From Candidatus Bathyarchaeota archaeon (GTDB lineage Archaea; Thermoproteota; Bathyarchaeia; 40CM-2-53-6): 64,000 nucleotides of DNA. Shown here one piece after another: positions 1-10,169 of the stretch. Positions within the stretch are counted from its first letter, which is position 1. The number at the start of each line of letters is the position of its first letter. The stretch spans positions 2,272,001 to 2,336,000 of the forward strand of contig CAVSBL010000002.1 in the NCBI GenBank assembly GCA_963726255.1, given 5' to 3'. A model generated the notes under the pieces. The model was given only the letters and a program-made list of their open reading frames with translations, searched no databases and was not told the origin of the DNA. The translations under genes were made by a program, and so were the position numbers.

Positions 1-992
1 ATCTCAGTGACCTCCATACCCTGAGCATGCCCATAGTGTTGAGTCCGATTAGAAAGATCCAGATTTAATGATTGAACCAATTTCTCTGATTCCAATTTCT
101 TCAATTCCTTCTCGACCATAAAACAGACATCGCAAATTCTCTGCCCCGGCTTGATCTGTTCCATAACTCTGTGGGTTAGGTCAACTATTGCCTTGTGGAG
201 AAGCGCCTGCCTTTCAGTTGGTCTTTGTCCTACAACAGCCATGCGAGAATAATCAGATATGTAGCCCCTATATGCTGCTCCTCCATCGGTCCACAAGATG
301 TCTCCCTTCTTCAATTTCCGATCATAACCTGGATGCAGACTGTGGAACGGCCCACTGTTGACATATATGAAGAAGGGTCTAGTGGCTCCCTCTTCGATCA
401 TCGTCCTGGCGAAGATTCCCGCGAATTCCTGCTCAGTCATACCCTCCTTAGCCATACCAAAAGATCTCTGACGTGCTCTTCCTGTTATGTCACATGCCTT
501 CCTCATATAGTCGATTTCAGCTGCGGATTTGATACTCCTAAGCTCCCAAAACGTCTCTGTAGCATCTACAAACTTGGCTTTGGGGAGTCCCTTTCGGATC
601 TCTTCAAAGGTGTTGTATGGTATTCCAAGACGTAAATCAGCCCCTAATTCGCAACCCATCTTGGAACTCGTTAGCCTCAAGTCGGTCAGGGCGTTTACAA
701 CAGCCTTGCCAAAGTTCAATTCTGCTCTTCCCGGGAAGTACTTAATGTTCTGATAATGGCTTTCTTGGGCATGTGTTTCTTTCAATACGGTTGAAATAAC
801 CAGCATTGGATCTTCATTTAATGGAATGATGGCGCACCATGGGCGATACGGATTGTAAACATCGATTGGCACACCAGTAAAGTAGGCGTAGTTTTCTATT
901 CCAGTCACAAGAAGAGCGTCAAGACCATCCTTACTCATGAGCTCTCTAGCTCTTCTCAATCTCACCTCATATTCTTGCGCGGCAAAATCCAA
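1..992 (-). CDS. M24 family peptidase / Xaa-Pro aminopeptidase-creatinase-like (partial, runs off window start)
   Basis: Hand translation (absent from track): TTG at 992, LDFAAQEYEVRLRRARELMSKDGLDALLVTGIENYAYFTG (creatinase-N domain), GDILWTDGGAAYRGYISDYSRM (two metal Asp), HYGHAQGMEVTE. Confidence 0.85.
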   Translation of the reverse strand, partial: MDFAAQEYEVRLRRARELMSKDGLDALLVTGIENYAYFTGVPIDVYNPYRPWCAIIPLNEDPMLVISTVLKETHAQESHYQNIKYFPGRAELNFGKAVVNALTDLRLTSSKMGCELGADLRLGIPYNTFEEIRKGLPKAKFVDATETFWELRSIKSAAEIDYMRKACDITGRARQRSFGMAKEGMTEQEFAGIFARTMIEEGATRPFFIYVNSGPFHSLHPGYDRKLKKGDILWTDGGAAYRGYISDYSRMAVVGQRPTERQALLHKAIVDLTHRVMEQIKPGQRICDVCFMVEKELKKLESEKLVQSLNLDLSNRTQHYGHAQGMEVTE

Positions 993-1173
993 AACAGTTG
1001 CCTCAAGGTCCAGCTGGATACCACATATTTAACGTATGCGCGAATCTCGCAAGTTTTCTCATGGCCCGAACGACTCGGGAGAGTTACATGCTTCCTTATT
1101 CGGAGAAGAACAAGAGTCGGTCTAAACGCCAGTTCCTTAGCGGAGGTTGTCGGAGGCTACCTAGGGAACAGTC

Positions 1174-2490
1174 TTACTGCACGTACTTTTCACCAAATCT
1201 CGTGAGCGCCTTTTCGAAACACGCAATTGGTGGCCTTGAATAACCTGTTCCAATCAGTCCCATATTGGGCTTCTTATGCGCTATCCCGGTGTTTATGACA
1301 GGCAAAATGCCAGTCTGAACGACCTTTCTTATATCAACTCCCAAGGGAGCGCCTTCGAAATTCATATATGGAATCAGAAAATTGCTGTTACTTGATGTGA
1401 CGATTTCTTTCATTTCCATCCAAAATTGCTTTAAGTTTTCCACAGAGCCCCCTATGAAGCTCACTATCGTTGGAGCCGTAATGTTGACGAGCCCACCTAA
1501 CCCGATCGTTTCAACGATCGAGCTATCCCCCATGTCAGGAGTGGCGTCTTTTGGTCCGTATCCAGGATAATACACTCCGTTTATAGCACTAGACGGCGCC
1601 GTGAACCATTCGCTTCCTAAGCCACTAAGTCGAATACCATATTCCACGCCGTTCCGAGCGATCGCAGTTACGATGGTTGAGTAGTCTACCCCGTGCCCAG
1701 AATCCGCGATTGCTTTGCATGCAGCCATCCAAATTGTGAGGAAGAAGTTATAGTGAGAACCTGTAATGAATTTCAAAATCTTAGGCACTGCGCTGTTATT
1801 CTCCTTGAGCAGGTAGGGCAGAAGTCTGTCGATGAACAGTAAAGTGGCGGCAGTGCTTCTGTTATGACACTCATCGCCCATGGTCAAAGCTTGTGCAACC
1901 ATAGGGATCAAATCTATTTCTTTAGCCTCTCTAACTGCTCTCTGGAGCGCAGGCCCTAGAATCTGTTCCATCCAACGCAGTTGTTCGATAACTTTTTCAT
2001 CATAACATCCAAACGCAGCTGTCCTTCCCCGTCCTTCATACAAGTTGCAGTACGCGAGATTCCCTTGATCCTTGTTCCTTACAACATATACCCACTGCGA
2101 CGCGGATATTGCTCCGCCCATAGAACCAACTGCGTTATGGTGATGGCAGGGACTAAGTTCAATCTCGCCTGATTCAACTAATTTGACGGCAGTTTTCGGG
2201 GTCTTGGCGAGTCCTTCATAGATTATGCTGGCAATGACACTTCCTTTCTGTGGCCAACACATTCTATTCCACTTTATGGGCGGGCCTGAATGTAGGATCA
2301 ATCTCTTTCTCATTCGCGGTATTGCTTCAGCTGCTGGCCTAACATCTATCAAAACAGGCTTGGCGTTCTGCATCTTCCCTACTACAATTCTGTTGGCATC
2401 CTCAATTTTCTTTCTTATGTCCCTTGCCATAGCCATCGAAGTGTGGTTCGGCGAATAGCGGATATTTATGACTTTTCGACCAGTCTTCAA
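1174..2490 (-). CDS. ylbE: DUF1116 / YlbE (AllG-like oxamate carbamoyltransferase subunit)
   Basis: ILHSGPPI, PCHHHNAVGSM, MGDECHNR, ARNGVEYG, PDMGDSSIVETIGLGG, PVINTGIAHK motifs; true start probably ATG near 2436. Confidence 0.9.
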   Translation of the reverse strand: MKTGRKVINIRYSPNHTSMAMARDIRKKIEDANRIVVGKMQNAKPVLIDVRPAAEAIPRMRKRLILHSGPPIKWNRMCWPQKGSVIASIIYEGLAKTPKTAVKLVESGEIELSPCHHHNAVGSMGGAISASQWVYVVRNKDQGNLAYCNLYEGRGRTAAFGCYDEKVIEQLRWMEQILGPALQRAVREAKEIDLIPMVAQALTMGDECHNRSTAATLLFIDRLLPYLLKENNSAVPKILKFITGSHYNFFLTIWMAACKAIADSGHGVDYSTIVTAIARNGVEYGIRLSGLGSEWFTAPSSAINGVYYPGYGPKDATPDMGDSSIVETIGLGGLVNITAPTIVSFIGGSVENLKQFWMEMKEIVTSSNSNFLIPYMNFEGAPLGVDIRKVVQTGILPVINTGIAHKKPNMGLIGTGYSRPPIACFEKALTRFGEKYVQ

Positions 2491-2537
2491 ACTCGCATGA
2501 TTCTTCTAATCGGATTCCAAGGTCTTGCGTGAACAGT

Positions 2538-3545
2538 TTAGGCGGGAAACGGCGAAGTTCTCTTCGAGAGCAGCAAGGATTCATAGATGCCCATGACTAT
2601 TCCAAGCAGGCTGTCTTTTCCCGAGTATGCTCCGATTCTTAGTACGTTCACGGTTCTCTCCATTAAGGTATTTTCGGACAAGAGAATTGCTTTCACTAGA
2701 TTGAAGACTGGTTCCGTGACTTCTCCTTTTGCCGCATATTCAATTAGAATCTCACCTAGTAAGTTTGTTCGTCCTTTGACTTGAGCCAGGATTTGACTAC
2801 TGGCTTCCTTCAAAAAAGCGTCATCAGCTCTGAGATAATTCGTTGCGAGCCACATACTGGCCATAAGAGAAGCGAGAAAATCATCTCCTGAAGGGGTCGA
2901 ACCTGGTCCTAAACCAACTAGAAACGAGGCGCCATTTACCAGTTCATGAAACCTCATGTATCTTATGCCTTTCATGAACCTCAGGATATGTGGAAGAGCA
3001 ATCTCCGCCATTTCATTCAGTTTTTTTTCTCGGACACTGAAACGAGAGAGACCAAGGTCAAGAGCCAGTAAGATCTCGCCCAGACTGTTCTGCATATCGA
3101 ACATAGAGCAAATCCCTATGACTGTTCTTAGATTATCCATCACATTCTTTGCACAACAAGACTCTTGTTTTGGCATGACGGGCATCGTCCAAATCTCTGC
3201 GCCTGCCAACGTAAACTGGATGCATGCCTCAGGTATGGTTAGGGAATTACCTATGCGAATAACACGCATGTTCTCTGTTATTCCTATTTCGCGAAAACTC
3301 ACAGGCAAATCCACTGCGACGGTGAGGGCGCTTCGAAGGTTTTTCGAAACAATCGCAATTAAGTCGTTGCCTTTTGTGATCACATTAACGGAAGTATCGA
3401 AAACACTGTGCACCGCGCCGACGAAATGTTGGCTAGAGATAGTATTGTATGCCCTGTTACCTACGCTTTTGCAACTTATGATTGTGTGGCATCCTGAGAT
3501 GCGCTTACTACTGCATCCGATGTTCACAGCTGGTCTGTGCGTCAT
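2538..3545 (-). CDS. ylbF: DUF2877 / YlbF (AllH-like) protein
   Basis: GAVHSVF N-terminal motif, LVGLGPGSTPSGDDFL and IGAYSGKD signatures; overlaps the fdrA stop. Confidence 0.85.
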   Translation of the reverse strand: MTHRPAVNIGCSSKRISGCHTIISCKSVGNRAYNTISSQHFVGAVHSVFDTSVNVITKGNDLIAIVSKNLRSALTVAVDLPVSFREIGITENMRVIRIGNSLTIPEACIQFTLAGAEIWTMPVMPKQESCCAKNVMDNLRTVIGICSMFDMQNSLGEILLALDLGLSRFSVREKKLNEMAEIALPHILRFMKGIRYMRFHELVNGASFLVGLGPGSTPSGDDFLASLMASMWLATNYLRADDAFLKEASSQILAQVKGRTNLLGEILIEYAAKGEVTEPVFNLVKAILLSENTLMERTVNVLRIGAYSGKDSLLGIVMGIYESLLLSKRTSPFPA

Positions 3546-5359
3546 GTCAGTTCATCGAGGAGAGAAAGGAGTTTCTTATCGTAGACAATCGGCGGAGTCC
3601 AGTCGACATGTATTGCCTCTGCATTCTGCTCCTTCAGGGAACGGAAGAAGTCTATGATTCCAATATTAATCACTCTGATTTTCGCTTGCGTCGAGCTCGG
3701 TTCCATGACTTGGCCGCGTCCAAGCAGATTACTTGCTTTGCGTCCATGTTTCGCACGTGGGAAAACCCGCTTGATGGCATAGTCGGTCCCTAAAACGCTG
3801 CTTACCTTTCCTCTTCGCGCTATTAGCGCAGCCATTTCTGTCGCCTTCGCATTGCTTGGCATTACAATTACGCCGGCTTTTTCGAGTTTCCTTTGTTGGC
3901 GACTATGGTCCTGTGGGTCTTGGTCAGTCCCACAAACCGAAACAACAATCGGTAGGTATCTTCCATCCAATGCCGCCAAGCCTTTCGCTTTTTGCAATAT
4001 GGGAATGATTATGCTTGCGGGATCTGGATGTGCGCTGTATCCAAGGATAATGTCGAGGAGAAGGACAGCTGTTTCTGGGTCCTTAGCCTCTAGTACAATT
4101 CTTTCTTTCTCAACAAGAGGGTTCAGTATTGGATGCGGTTTTCCAAGCGTAAATTCTTCTGCTCCAAGATCAACGATTGTGTGCCTAATGCTTTGATTTG
4201 GATCAGATAATCGAGTGGCATATTCAACGTTCATATTAGTGTGAACGTCGCCTAACATAGTTTTGATTATTAGACACGCCTCTGAACCCAACGTTCCACC
4301 CGTAAATAACCCTCTTACGAACTTTTGACCTACCGCCAGTTGTGACGCTTCCTTCTCTGCGATCTTAAACATCTTGGGGTGAATAGTTGAGAAAGAGGCG
4401 AGGTCAAAGCCTTCTCCGGAAATTGTTGAGACGGCCCTAAGCGCCGTCTCTTCCAAAGTCCTGCACTGAATCACATGTTCGCCGCTAACATGCAAATCGC
4501 GAGACCCAACAAAGTTGATGAAAGCGGGTTTCCTACACTTCTTCAAGAAACGTAAGATCTTTCTCTGGATCTCGTACGGAAACGGCTTTGACACGACAAC
4601 TACCACCTTGGTCTCAGGGTCACTTTCTTGCATCCTAAGCGCTTTCATCATCGTGATTGCACCCACTTCTTTGGTGACGTCATTGGATCCAGTGCCAATT
4701 GCTTGCGAAATACCGCTCCCATGTCGATGGATCAAAGAAGTAACTTCCTGAATCCCAGTTCCTGACGCTCCTACTACGCCTATGGGCCCGTTTCTTACCC
4801 TATTTCCGAAGCCTAGTGCTACCCCTCTCATGATCGCTGTTCCACAATCAGGACCCATTACTAAGCGATTTTTCTCGTTTGCAAATTGCTTTATTTTGAC
4901 TTCGTCAACTATGGAAACATTATTGCTGAAAATCATGAGGTCCAGGCCCCTCTTCAACGCGTTCATGGCTTCACGCTTGACGAAGGCTCCTGGAATTGAT
5001 ATAAGGGCCAAATTCGCTTCTGGAAGTAATTTCAGTGCCATTTCGAGAGTTCTTGTAGTTCTGCTTTTTTCCGCGATGGCAATTCTTGGCGAAGACAGCA
5101 GCTCTTCCGCTTTGCTTACGGCTTCCTTGGCAATACTTGACGAGGATGCTCTCACTGCGACTGCTATGTCATTTGGGGACCCATCTCCAATCTCGTGTGC
5201 GAACAGACCGACTTCACGGAGTAATGCTTTGTTTTGCTCAGTTGTGTTCAAAATGGCAACCCGTGAAATGCCCTCCAGCTTCTCGATCTTATTTGCAATC
5301 TGCATCAAAAATACAGAATCACGATAAGTGCCTCTGATCAACTTAGCGAACAAAGCCAT
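3542..5359 (-). CDS. fdrA: FdrA (AllF-like) acyl-CoA synthetase-fold protein
   Basis: YRDSVFLM, MGPDCGT, GASGTGIQE, GLFTGGTL, GKPHP and C-terminal VINIG...VDWTPP; ATG 5359 follows a GGTGTGA SD-like site. Confidence 0.92.
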   Translation of the reverse strand: MALFAKLIRGTYRDSVFLMQIANKIEKLEGISRVAILNTTEQNKALLREVGLFAHEIGDGSPNDIAVAVRASSSSIAKEAVSKAEELLSSPRIAIAEKSRTTRTLEMALKLLPEANLALISIPGAFVKREAMNALKRGLDLMIFSNNVSIVDEVKIKQFANEKNRLVMGPDCGTAIMRGVALGFGNRVRNGPIGVVGASGTGIQEVTSLIHRHGSGISQAIGTGSNDVTKEVGAITMMKALRMQESDPETKVVVVVSKPFPYEIQRKILRFLKKCRKPAFINFVGSRDLHVSGEHVIQCRTLEETALRAVSTISGEGFDLASFSTIHPKMFKIAEKEASQLAVGQKFVRGLFTGGTLGSEACLIIKTMLGDVHTNMNVEYATRLSDPNQSIRHTIVDLGAEEFTLGKPHPILNPLVEKERIVLEAKDPETAVLLLDIILGYSAHPDPASIIIPILQKAKGLAALDGRYLPIVVSVCGTDQDPQDHSRQQRKLEKAGVIVMPSNAKATEMAALIARRGKVSSVLGTDYAIKRVFPRAKHGRKASNLLGRGQVMEPSSTQAKIRVINIGIIDFFRSLKEQNAEAIHVDWTPPIVYDKKLLSLLDELT

Positions 5360-5579
5360 GATTTTCACACCAGTTGTTTCTCTGTGCATTCTTAGCGTAT
5401 TTCAATGGCACGGTTAGGTGACCCCCGGACTGGTCAAAAGAGCGTTACGAGACTCCGTCAAACTCGCATTATCGGCGATAAGCAACGCCTAGTGGAAGGC
5501 AATCAATTAATCGGGGTGACGTGCGATCGTTCTGTTAAAGGCGTGATCCGCAGCTTTGAAGGATGGGATCATTGGTGGG

Positions 5580-6767
5580 ATGGAGAGTAATGCTCCTGTA
5601 CTCGGAGTCACCAATGGTCCGAGACCAATGCTGCTCGGCCTTTACATTTTTGTCTTGACGCTCATGTTTGGGGTCGGTGTCGCTAACCCGATCGTACCGT
5701 TATATTCAGCTAGTCTGGGGGCATCGTGGATAGAGATCGGACTGATCGGGACAGGTTGGGGATTAGCGTACACTTTGCTCGCCCCAGTTGCAGGAGGGTT
5801 TTCGGACAGATTTGGTCGGCGACCTGTTCTGATCGCAAGCGGAGGACTAAGCGCAGCTGCGGCACTGTTCTACTTCTTCTCCTCGACATTAAGTCAAGTC
5901 ATCGTCATCAGGATATTGGAAGGCATGGTGTGGGGATTGATTTGGCCAGTTGCCGAAGCCATGACAACCGAGGCTGCTCATCCGAAACTAGTCGGACGAG
6001 CTATGAGCTTCACCGTTGTTTCATATGCGGTTGGATTTGGGGCCGGCTCACTGTCATCAGGGTCAATCGCAGAGATCCTGGGATACAAGCCGATCTTTCT
6101 GATTTATCTGGTATTCGCGATAGCCTCGATCCCCATCGCGGTTTACTGGCTTAGAGGTGTTCGGACTCAGCCGAGACCAAGTGAGAAGAAGCCTGCGGAG
6201 TTTGAGAGCGTGAGGTCGAAACCTGCTATTATGGCCTACTTTCTCGGAGTCACATATACAATTGGCTATGGGATCTTAGTTACTTTCTTCTCAGTCTATG
6301 CAAGAATGTTGGGTGTCACCCTGTTCATCATAGGCGCATTATTTGCAGTTTTTTGGCTGGCAAGGATGATAGGCTCCTTGAGTGCAGGGTATCTATCCGA
6401 TAAGTATGGACGGGAGATTGTCGCGAGCGCTGCGATGATTAGCTCGACTGCGGGGTTCATTGCGATTGCCACGTCGAAAGACGTTTGGTTGCTTCTACTA
6501 GGTGTCACCATTTCAGGATTCAGCACCGGCGCGATGGCGCCCGTTGCGGTTGCCTTGCTTTCCGACAGCGTTCGGCAATCCGTTCGCGGCTTTGCGATGG
6601 GAATCTACGAGGCAGTCTCCGGGGCAGGTGTCATTATAGGCGCTTCGATTGGGGGTCTGTTGGCAGATACGTATTCACCCCGTGCTCCTTATTTTATGGT
6701 CGTGTTCCTTAACGTAGTCTGCGTAAGTTTCTTCGTTGCCGCCCGGACTAGACGAGTTTCTGCCTAG
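5580..6767 (+). CDS. MFS transporter
   Basis: About 12 hydrophobic segments; motif A twice (GGFSDRFGRR, GYLSDKYGRE). Confidence 0.9.
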   Translation: MESNAPVLGVTNGPRPMLLGLYIFVLTLMFGVGVANPIVPLYSASLGASWIEIGLIGTGWGLAYTLLAPVAGGFSDRFGRRPVLIASGGLSAAAALFYFFSSTLSQVIVIRILEGMVWGLIWPVAEAMTTEAAHPKLVGRAMSFTVVSYAVGFGAGSLSSGSIAEILGYKPIFLIYLVFAIASIPIAVYWLRGVRTQPRPSEKKPAEFESVRSKPAIMAYFLGVTYTIGYGILVTFFSVYARMLGVTLFIIGALFAVFWLARMIGSLSAGYLSDKYGREIVASAAMISSTAGFIAIATSKDVWLLLLGVTISGFSTGAMAPVAVALLSDSVRQSVRGFAMGIYEAVSGAGVIIGASIGGLLADTYSPRAPYFMVVFLNVVCVSFFVAARTRRVSA

Positions 6768-6955
6768 CGATGCCGCGCATAGTATAGGCAGTTCTCATTC
6801 GTCTTCAACAATTCTAAGGTTGATTCACCGAAACTAACCACTCCATCGCTTTCGTCCGATCGTGGAGAGGACATTGATATTGAAGATTTATAACGTGAAT
6901 CTTGGCCAAAGGCTCAGAGGAGCGAAATAGGTACAATCTATTTCGAGGGAACGTT

Positions 6956-7717
6956 ATGCATCTTAGGGAAAAGGTCGTTCTAGTGACCGGAGCTGGGACC
7001 GGAATCGGAAGGGCAACTGCTGTTGAGTTCGCCAAGAAAGGATGTAGAGTTGCCATAAATGATGTGAATGAGAAAAATGCAAACCAAACGAGGGTACTGA
7101 TTGAGAACCAGGGCGGACTGGCCAAAATCTATCTTTGTGATGTTTCTGACTCCGAGAAAGTCGAAGCAATGGTTAGTGATATAGTCCACACCTACGGAAG
7201 GATTGACGTGCTTGTGAATAACGCGGCCATAGCTGATTCGGATAGCCCGCTGACCGAGATTTCTGAGCAGAGATGGGACAGAGTGATCCGGGTAAACCTG
7301 AACGGGGTTTTCTACTGCACAAAAGCAGCGATGCTCCGTATGAAACAAATGGGCGGCGGACGCATCGTCAACATCTCTTCGTCAGCAGCCGTGGGAGGAG
7401 GCACCGGGGATCATGCGCACTATACGGCCTCCAAGGCTGGAGTAATCGGCCTGACGTTAGCCGCTGCCCGCGAGGGATCAAGACATAGCATACTTGTCAA
7501 CTGTATTACACCTGGTGCCGTGAACACGCCAATAATCGCTTCCGAGACTGAAGCGGAGATGCTCAGGTCGGCGACGGCATTAAATAGGCTGGCAGAACCT
7601 CAAGAAATCGCTGAAGCAATAAACTTCATCGTAGAGCAGGATCACATGACAGGCGCGATTCTCTCGATTGATGCAGGCATTTACCTACTTGACAGGCCAA
7701 AGGTATCGCATACCTGA
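6956..7717 (+). CDS. SDR family oxidoreductase (FabG-like)
   Basis: TGAGTGIG, NNAA, catalytic YTASK. Confidence 0.92.
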   Translation: MHLREKVVLVTGAGTGIGRATAVEFAKKGCRVAINDVNEKNANQTRVLIENQGGLAKIYLCDVSDSEKVEAMVSDIVHTYGRIDVLVNNAAIADSDSPLTEISEQRWDRVIRVNLNGVFYCTKAAMLRMKQMGGGRIVNISSSAAVGGGTGDHAHYTASKAGVIGLTLAAAREGSRHSILVNCITPGAVNTPIIASETEAEMLRSATALNRLAEPQEIAEAINFIVEQDHMTGAILSIDAGIYLLDRPKVSHT

Positions 7718-7785
7718 GACTGACTCAGCTACAATGAACCCTTCTAGTACGCGGCGTCACTGGCAATCTGGGCCAGGAAACTACA

Positions 7786-8961
7786 CTATTTCGAGTAGAA
7801 TTCTATTGCTGCCTTGACGCCCTCCCCGGATGGCAGTGTATAGCCCTCTTTCTTGAGGGCTCTTTCTAGAGCTTCCAGAACCAAGCACACTATTCCCTCA
7901 TTCGAGTTGACGCCCATCAGTCCGATCCTCCAGATTTTTCCACCGAGTACTCCCAGGCCACCTCCAACTTCTATGTTGAAATCGTTAAGGAGAGTTGCTC
8001 TCACTTTCTTGTCCAAAACGCTTGCAGGTACAGAGACAGAACTGAGGCTTGGAAGCCTATGCCCTAGTTCGGCGTGTAACCCGAGACCCATCGCCTCAAC
8101 TCCCTTCGTGAATGCCTCACTATTTCTCTTGTGTCTCGTCCATCTCTCTTGAAGGCCTTCGTCATGGATGACCCTTAGGGCCTCTCTCAAACCGTATATC
8201 ATAGAGATTGGAGCTGTGTGATGATAAATCCTTCCCTCTGACCAATAGTTGCGGATTAGAGATGCGTCAAAATACCAGCTCTGGACCTTGGTCTTCCTGT
8301 TAAGAACGATGTCGATAGCTCTATCGTTGAACGTGATCGGCGCGAGGCCAGGGGGACAATTCAGACACTTCTGGCTTCCACTATAACAGATATCAATCGA
8401 CATCGCATCGATGTCAAGTTCACAACCACTCAGCGAAGTTACAGCGTCGACAAGCAAGAGTGCACCGTACTCATGAACAATTTTCGAGATGTCAATTAGA
8501 GGCTGAAGTGTTCCGGTCGAGGTCTCAGCATGAACTAGTGCAACAACCTTCGCATCGCTCTTCTTCAACGCGTCTTCAACATGTTCCTTTCGTATGACCT
8601 TCCCCCAATTCTCCTTAATGCCTATGACTCTGCCTCCACAGCGCGAGACAATCTCCGCCATTCTCTCTCCGAAGAACCCGTTCATTCCAACGATTATCTC
8701 GTCTCCCGGCTCAACTACATTGCATAGAGCAGCTTCCATTCCCGCAGATCCAGTGCCGGAAACCGGTAAGGTGAGCTTGTTGTTGGTCTTGAATGTGTAC
8801 CTCAGCAGTTCAGTTGTTTCGTTCATGATCTTAAAGAAGTACGGGTCGAGATGACCCACAATAGGAGACGACATTGCTTTGAGTACCCTTGGGTGCACAT
8901 TGCTTGGTCCTGGGCCGAGAAGGAGGCGAAGAGGAGGATTGAGCTCACGAAAGCCATCCAT
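7786..8961 (-). CDS. Alanine-glyoxylate / serine-pyruvate aminotransferase (class V PLP)
   Basis: LLLGPGPS, SGTGSAGME, HAETSTG, DAVTS, SGSQKCL (PLP Lys), YHHTAP, WRIGLMG. Confidence 0.93.
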   Translation of the reverse strand: MDGFRELNPPLRLLLGPGPSNVHPRVLKAMSSPIVGHLDPYFFKIMNETTELLRYTFKTNNKLTLPVSGTGSAGMEAALCNVVEPGDEIIVGMNGFFGERMAEIVSRCGGRVIGIKENWGKVIRKEHVEDALKKSDAKVVALVHAETSTGTLQPLIDISKIVHEYGALLLVDAVTSLSGCELDIDAMSIDICYSGSQKCLNCPPGLAPITFNDRAIDIVLNRKTKVQSWYFDASLIRNYWSEGRIYHHTAPISMIYGLREALRVIHDEGLQERWTRHKRNSEAFTKGVEAMGLGLHAELGHRLPSLSSVSVPASVLDKKVRATLLNDFNIEVGGGLGVLGGKIWRIGLMGVNSNEGIVCLVLEALERALKKEGYTLPSGEGVKAAIEFYSK

Positions 8962-9177
8962 GCTTAACACCACGATACTTGACAAGCATATTGCTCAGCG
9001 ATCACGCAGCAATAAACTGTTTTGAATCTTCAATTGCAAGACGTCTGAAGATTGGATGGATAGAGGTCATTATTGGGCTGATAGGTTGAGTGCGGATTGC
9101 GATCCCAATTGTCAGAGGGGGACTAGGGACACAGTAGTCATAAGAGAGTGAATTAGTGAAAGGCGAGTGTGGTAGTA

Positions 9178-10167
9178 ATGCGGAAATTGAATGTCTTGTA
9201 CGTAGGTCAGATACCGGACCCGATTCGCAAAGAGCTATCCTTGAGGCTGCCCGTAGGCTTGGCGTTAGAGTTCTTGTCCGACAAATCTACTAACGCTGAA
9301 AGACTTGAGAGTTTACAGAGCGCCCATTTCCTTATGGGTTTTCCAGACTCGATTTCTGCAGATGACTTGGAGACGGCAACGAATCTAAGATTGGTGCAGT
9401 TGTTGAGTGCGGGTTACGAAGTTTTTGATGTACAAAGAGCTACACAGCTTAGAATTCCAGTCGCGAATAATGGTGGTGCAAACGCGATTGCGGTTGCGGA
9501 ACACACGATTCTTTTGATTCTTGCCTTGTACAGGAAGTTATGTAAGTTTCATAACGGATTATTGAACGGCATATGGGTCCGGGAAAAGGACCATCCGCTT
9601 AGCCTCTTTGAGCTAGCTCATAAGCAAGTGGGAATAATTGGGTTTGGCAATATCGGAAAAGCTCTAGCCAGACGCTTACTCGCTTTCGAAACGACGATAA
9701 ATTACCACGACGTGCTGAGATATGAAAGAGCAGAAAAAGAGCTCTCGGCCGAATTCATAGCCCTTGATGAGTTACTGAAACGATCCGATATCGTCACATT
9801 GCATTTACCGTTACTGGAAACGACGACAGGGATGATCGGCGAAAGAGAATTCAACTTGATGAAAGGTTCCGCCATTCTGATTAACACTTCCCGTGGAAGA
9901 ATCATCGATGAGCAGGCTTTGTACGAAGCTCTGAAAAGCGGAAGAATTGCCGGAGCTGGATTAGATGTCTTTCTTCGAGAGGATGATATGCAAAAGGGAA
10001 TATGCGCGAACGCATTATTTGAATTGGAAAATGTAGTAGTCACCCCTCACCTCGCTGGTGATACCTACGATACATGGCTGCGAAGAATAGAAATAGGTTA
10101 TGCGAACATTAGCAGGACTGCCAAAGGCAAGAAGCCGAGGTTTGTAGTCAATAAGGATTTGACTTAG
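9178..10167 (+). CDS. D-isomer-specific 2-hydroxyacid dehydrogenase (glyoxylate reductase-like)
   Basis: VAEHT, GIIGFGNIG, INTSRG, GLDVF, TPHLAG. Confidence 0.9.
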   Translation: MRKLNVLYVGQIPDPIRKELSLRLPVGLALEFLSDKSTNAERLESLQSAHFLMGFPDSISADDLETATNLRLVQLLSAGYEVFDVQRATQLRIPVANNGGANAIAVAEHTILLILALYRKLCKFHNGLLNGIWVREKDHPLSLFELAHKQVGIIGFGNIGKALARRLLAFETTINYHDVLRYERAEKELSAEFIALDELLKRSDIVTLHLPLLETTTGMIGEREFNLMKGSAILINTSRGRIIDEQALYEALKSGRIAGAGLDVFLREDDMQKGICANALFELENVVVTPHLAGDTYDTWLRRIEIGYANISRTAKGKKPRFVVNKDLT

Positions 10168-10169
10168 AA

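Noticed and set aside
195-753. Plus-strand ORFs 195-635 and 529-753
   Set aside because: Antisense shadows of the minus-strand M24 gene.
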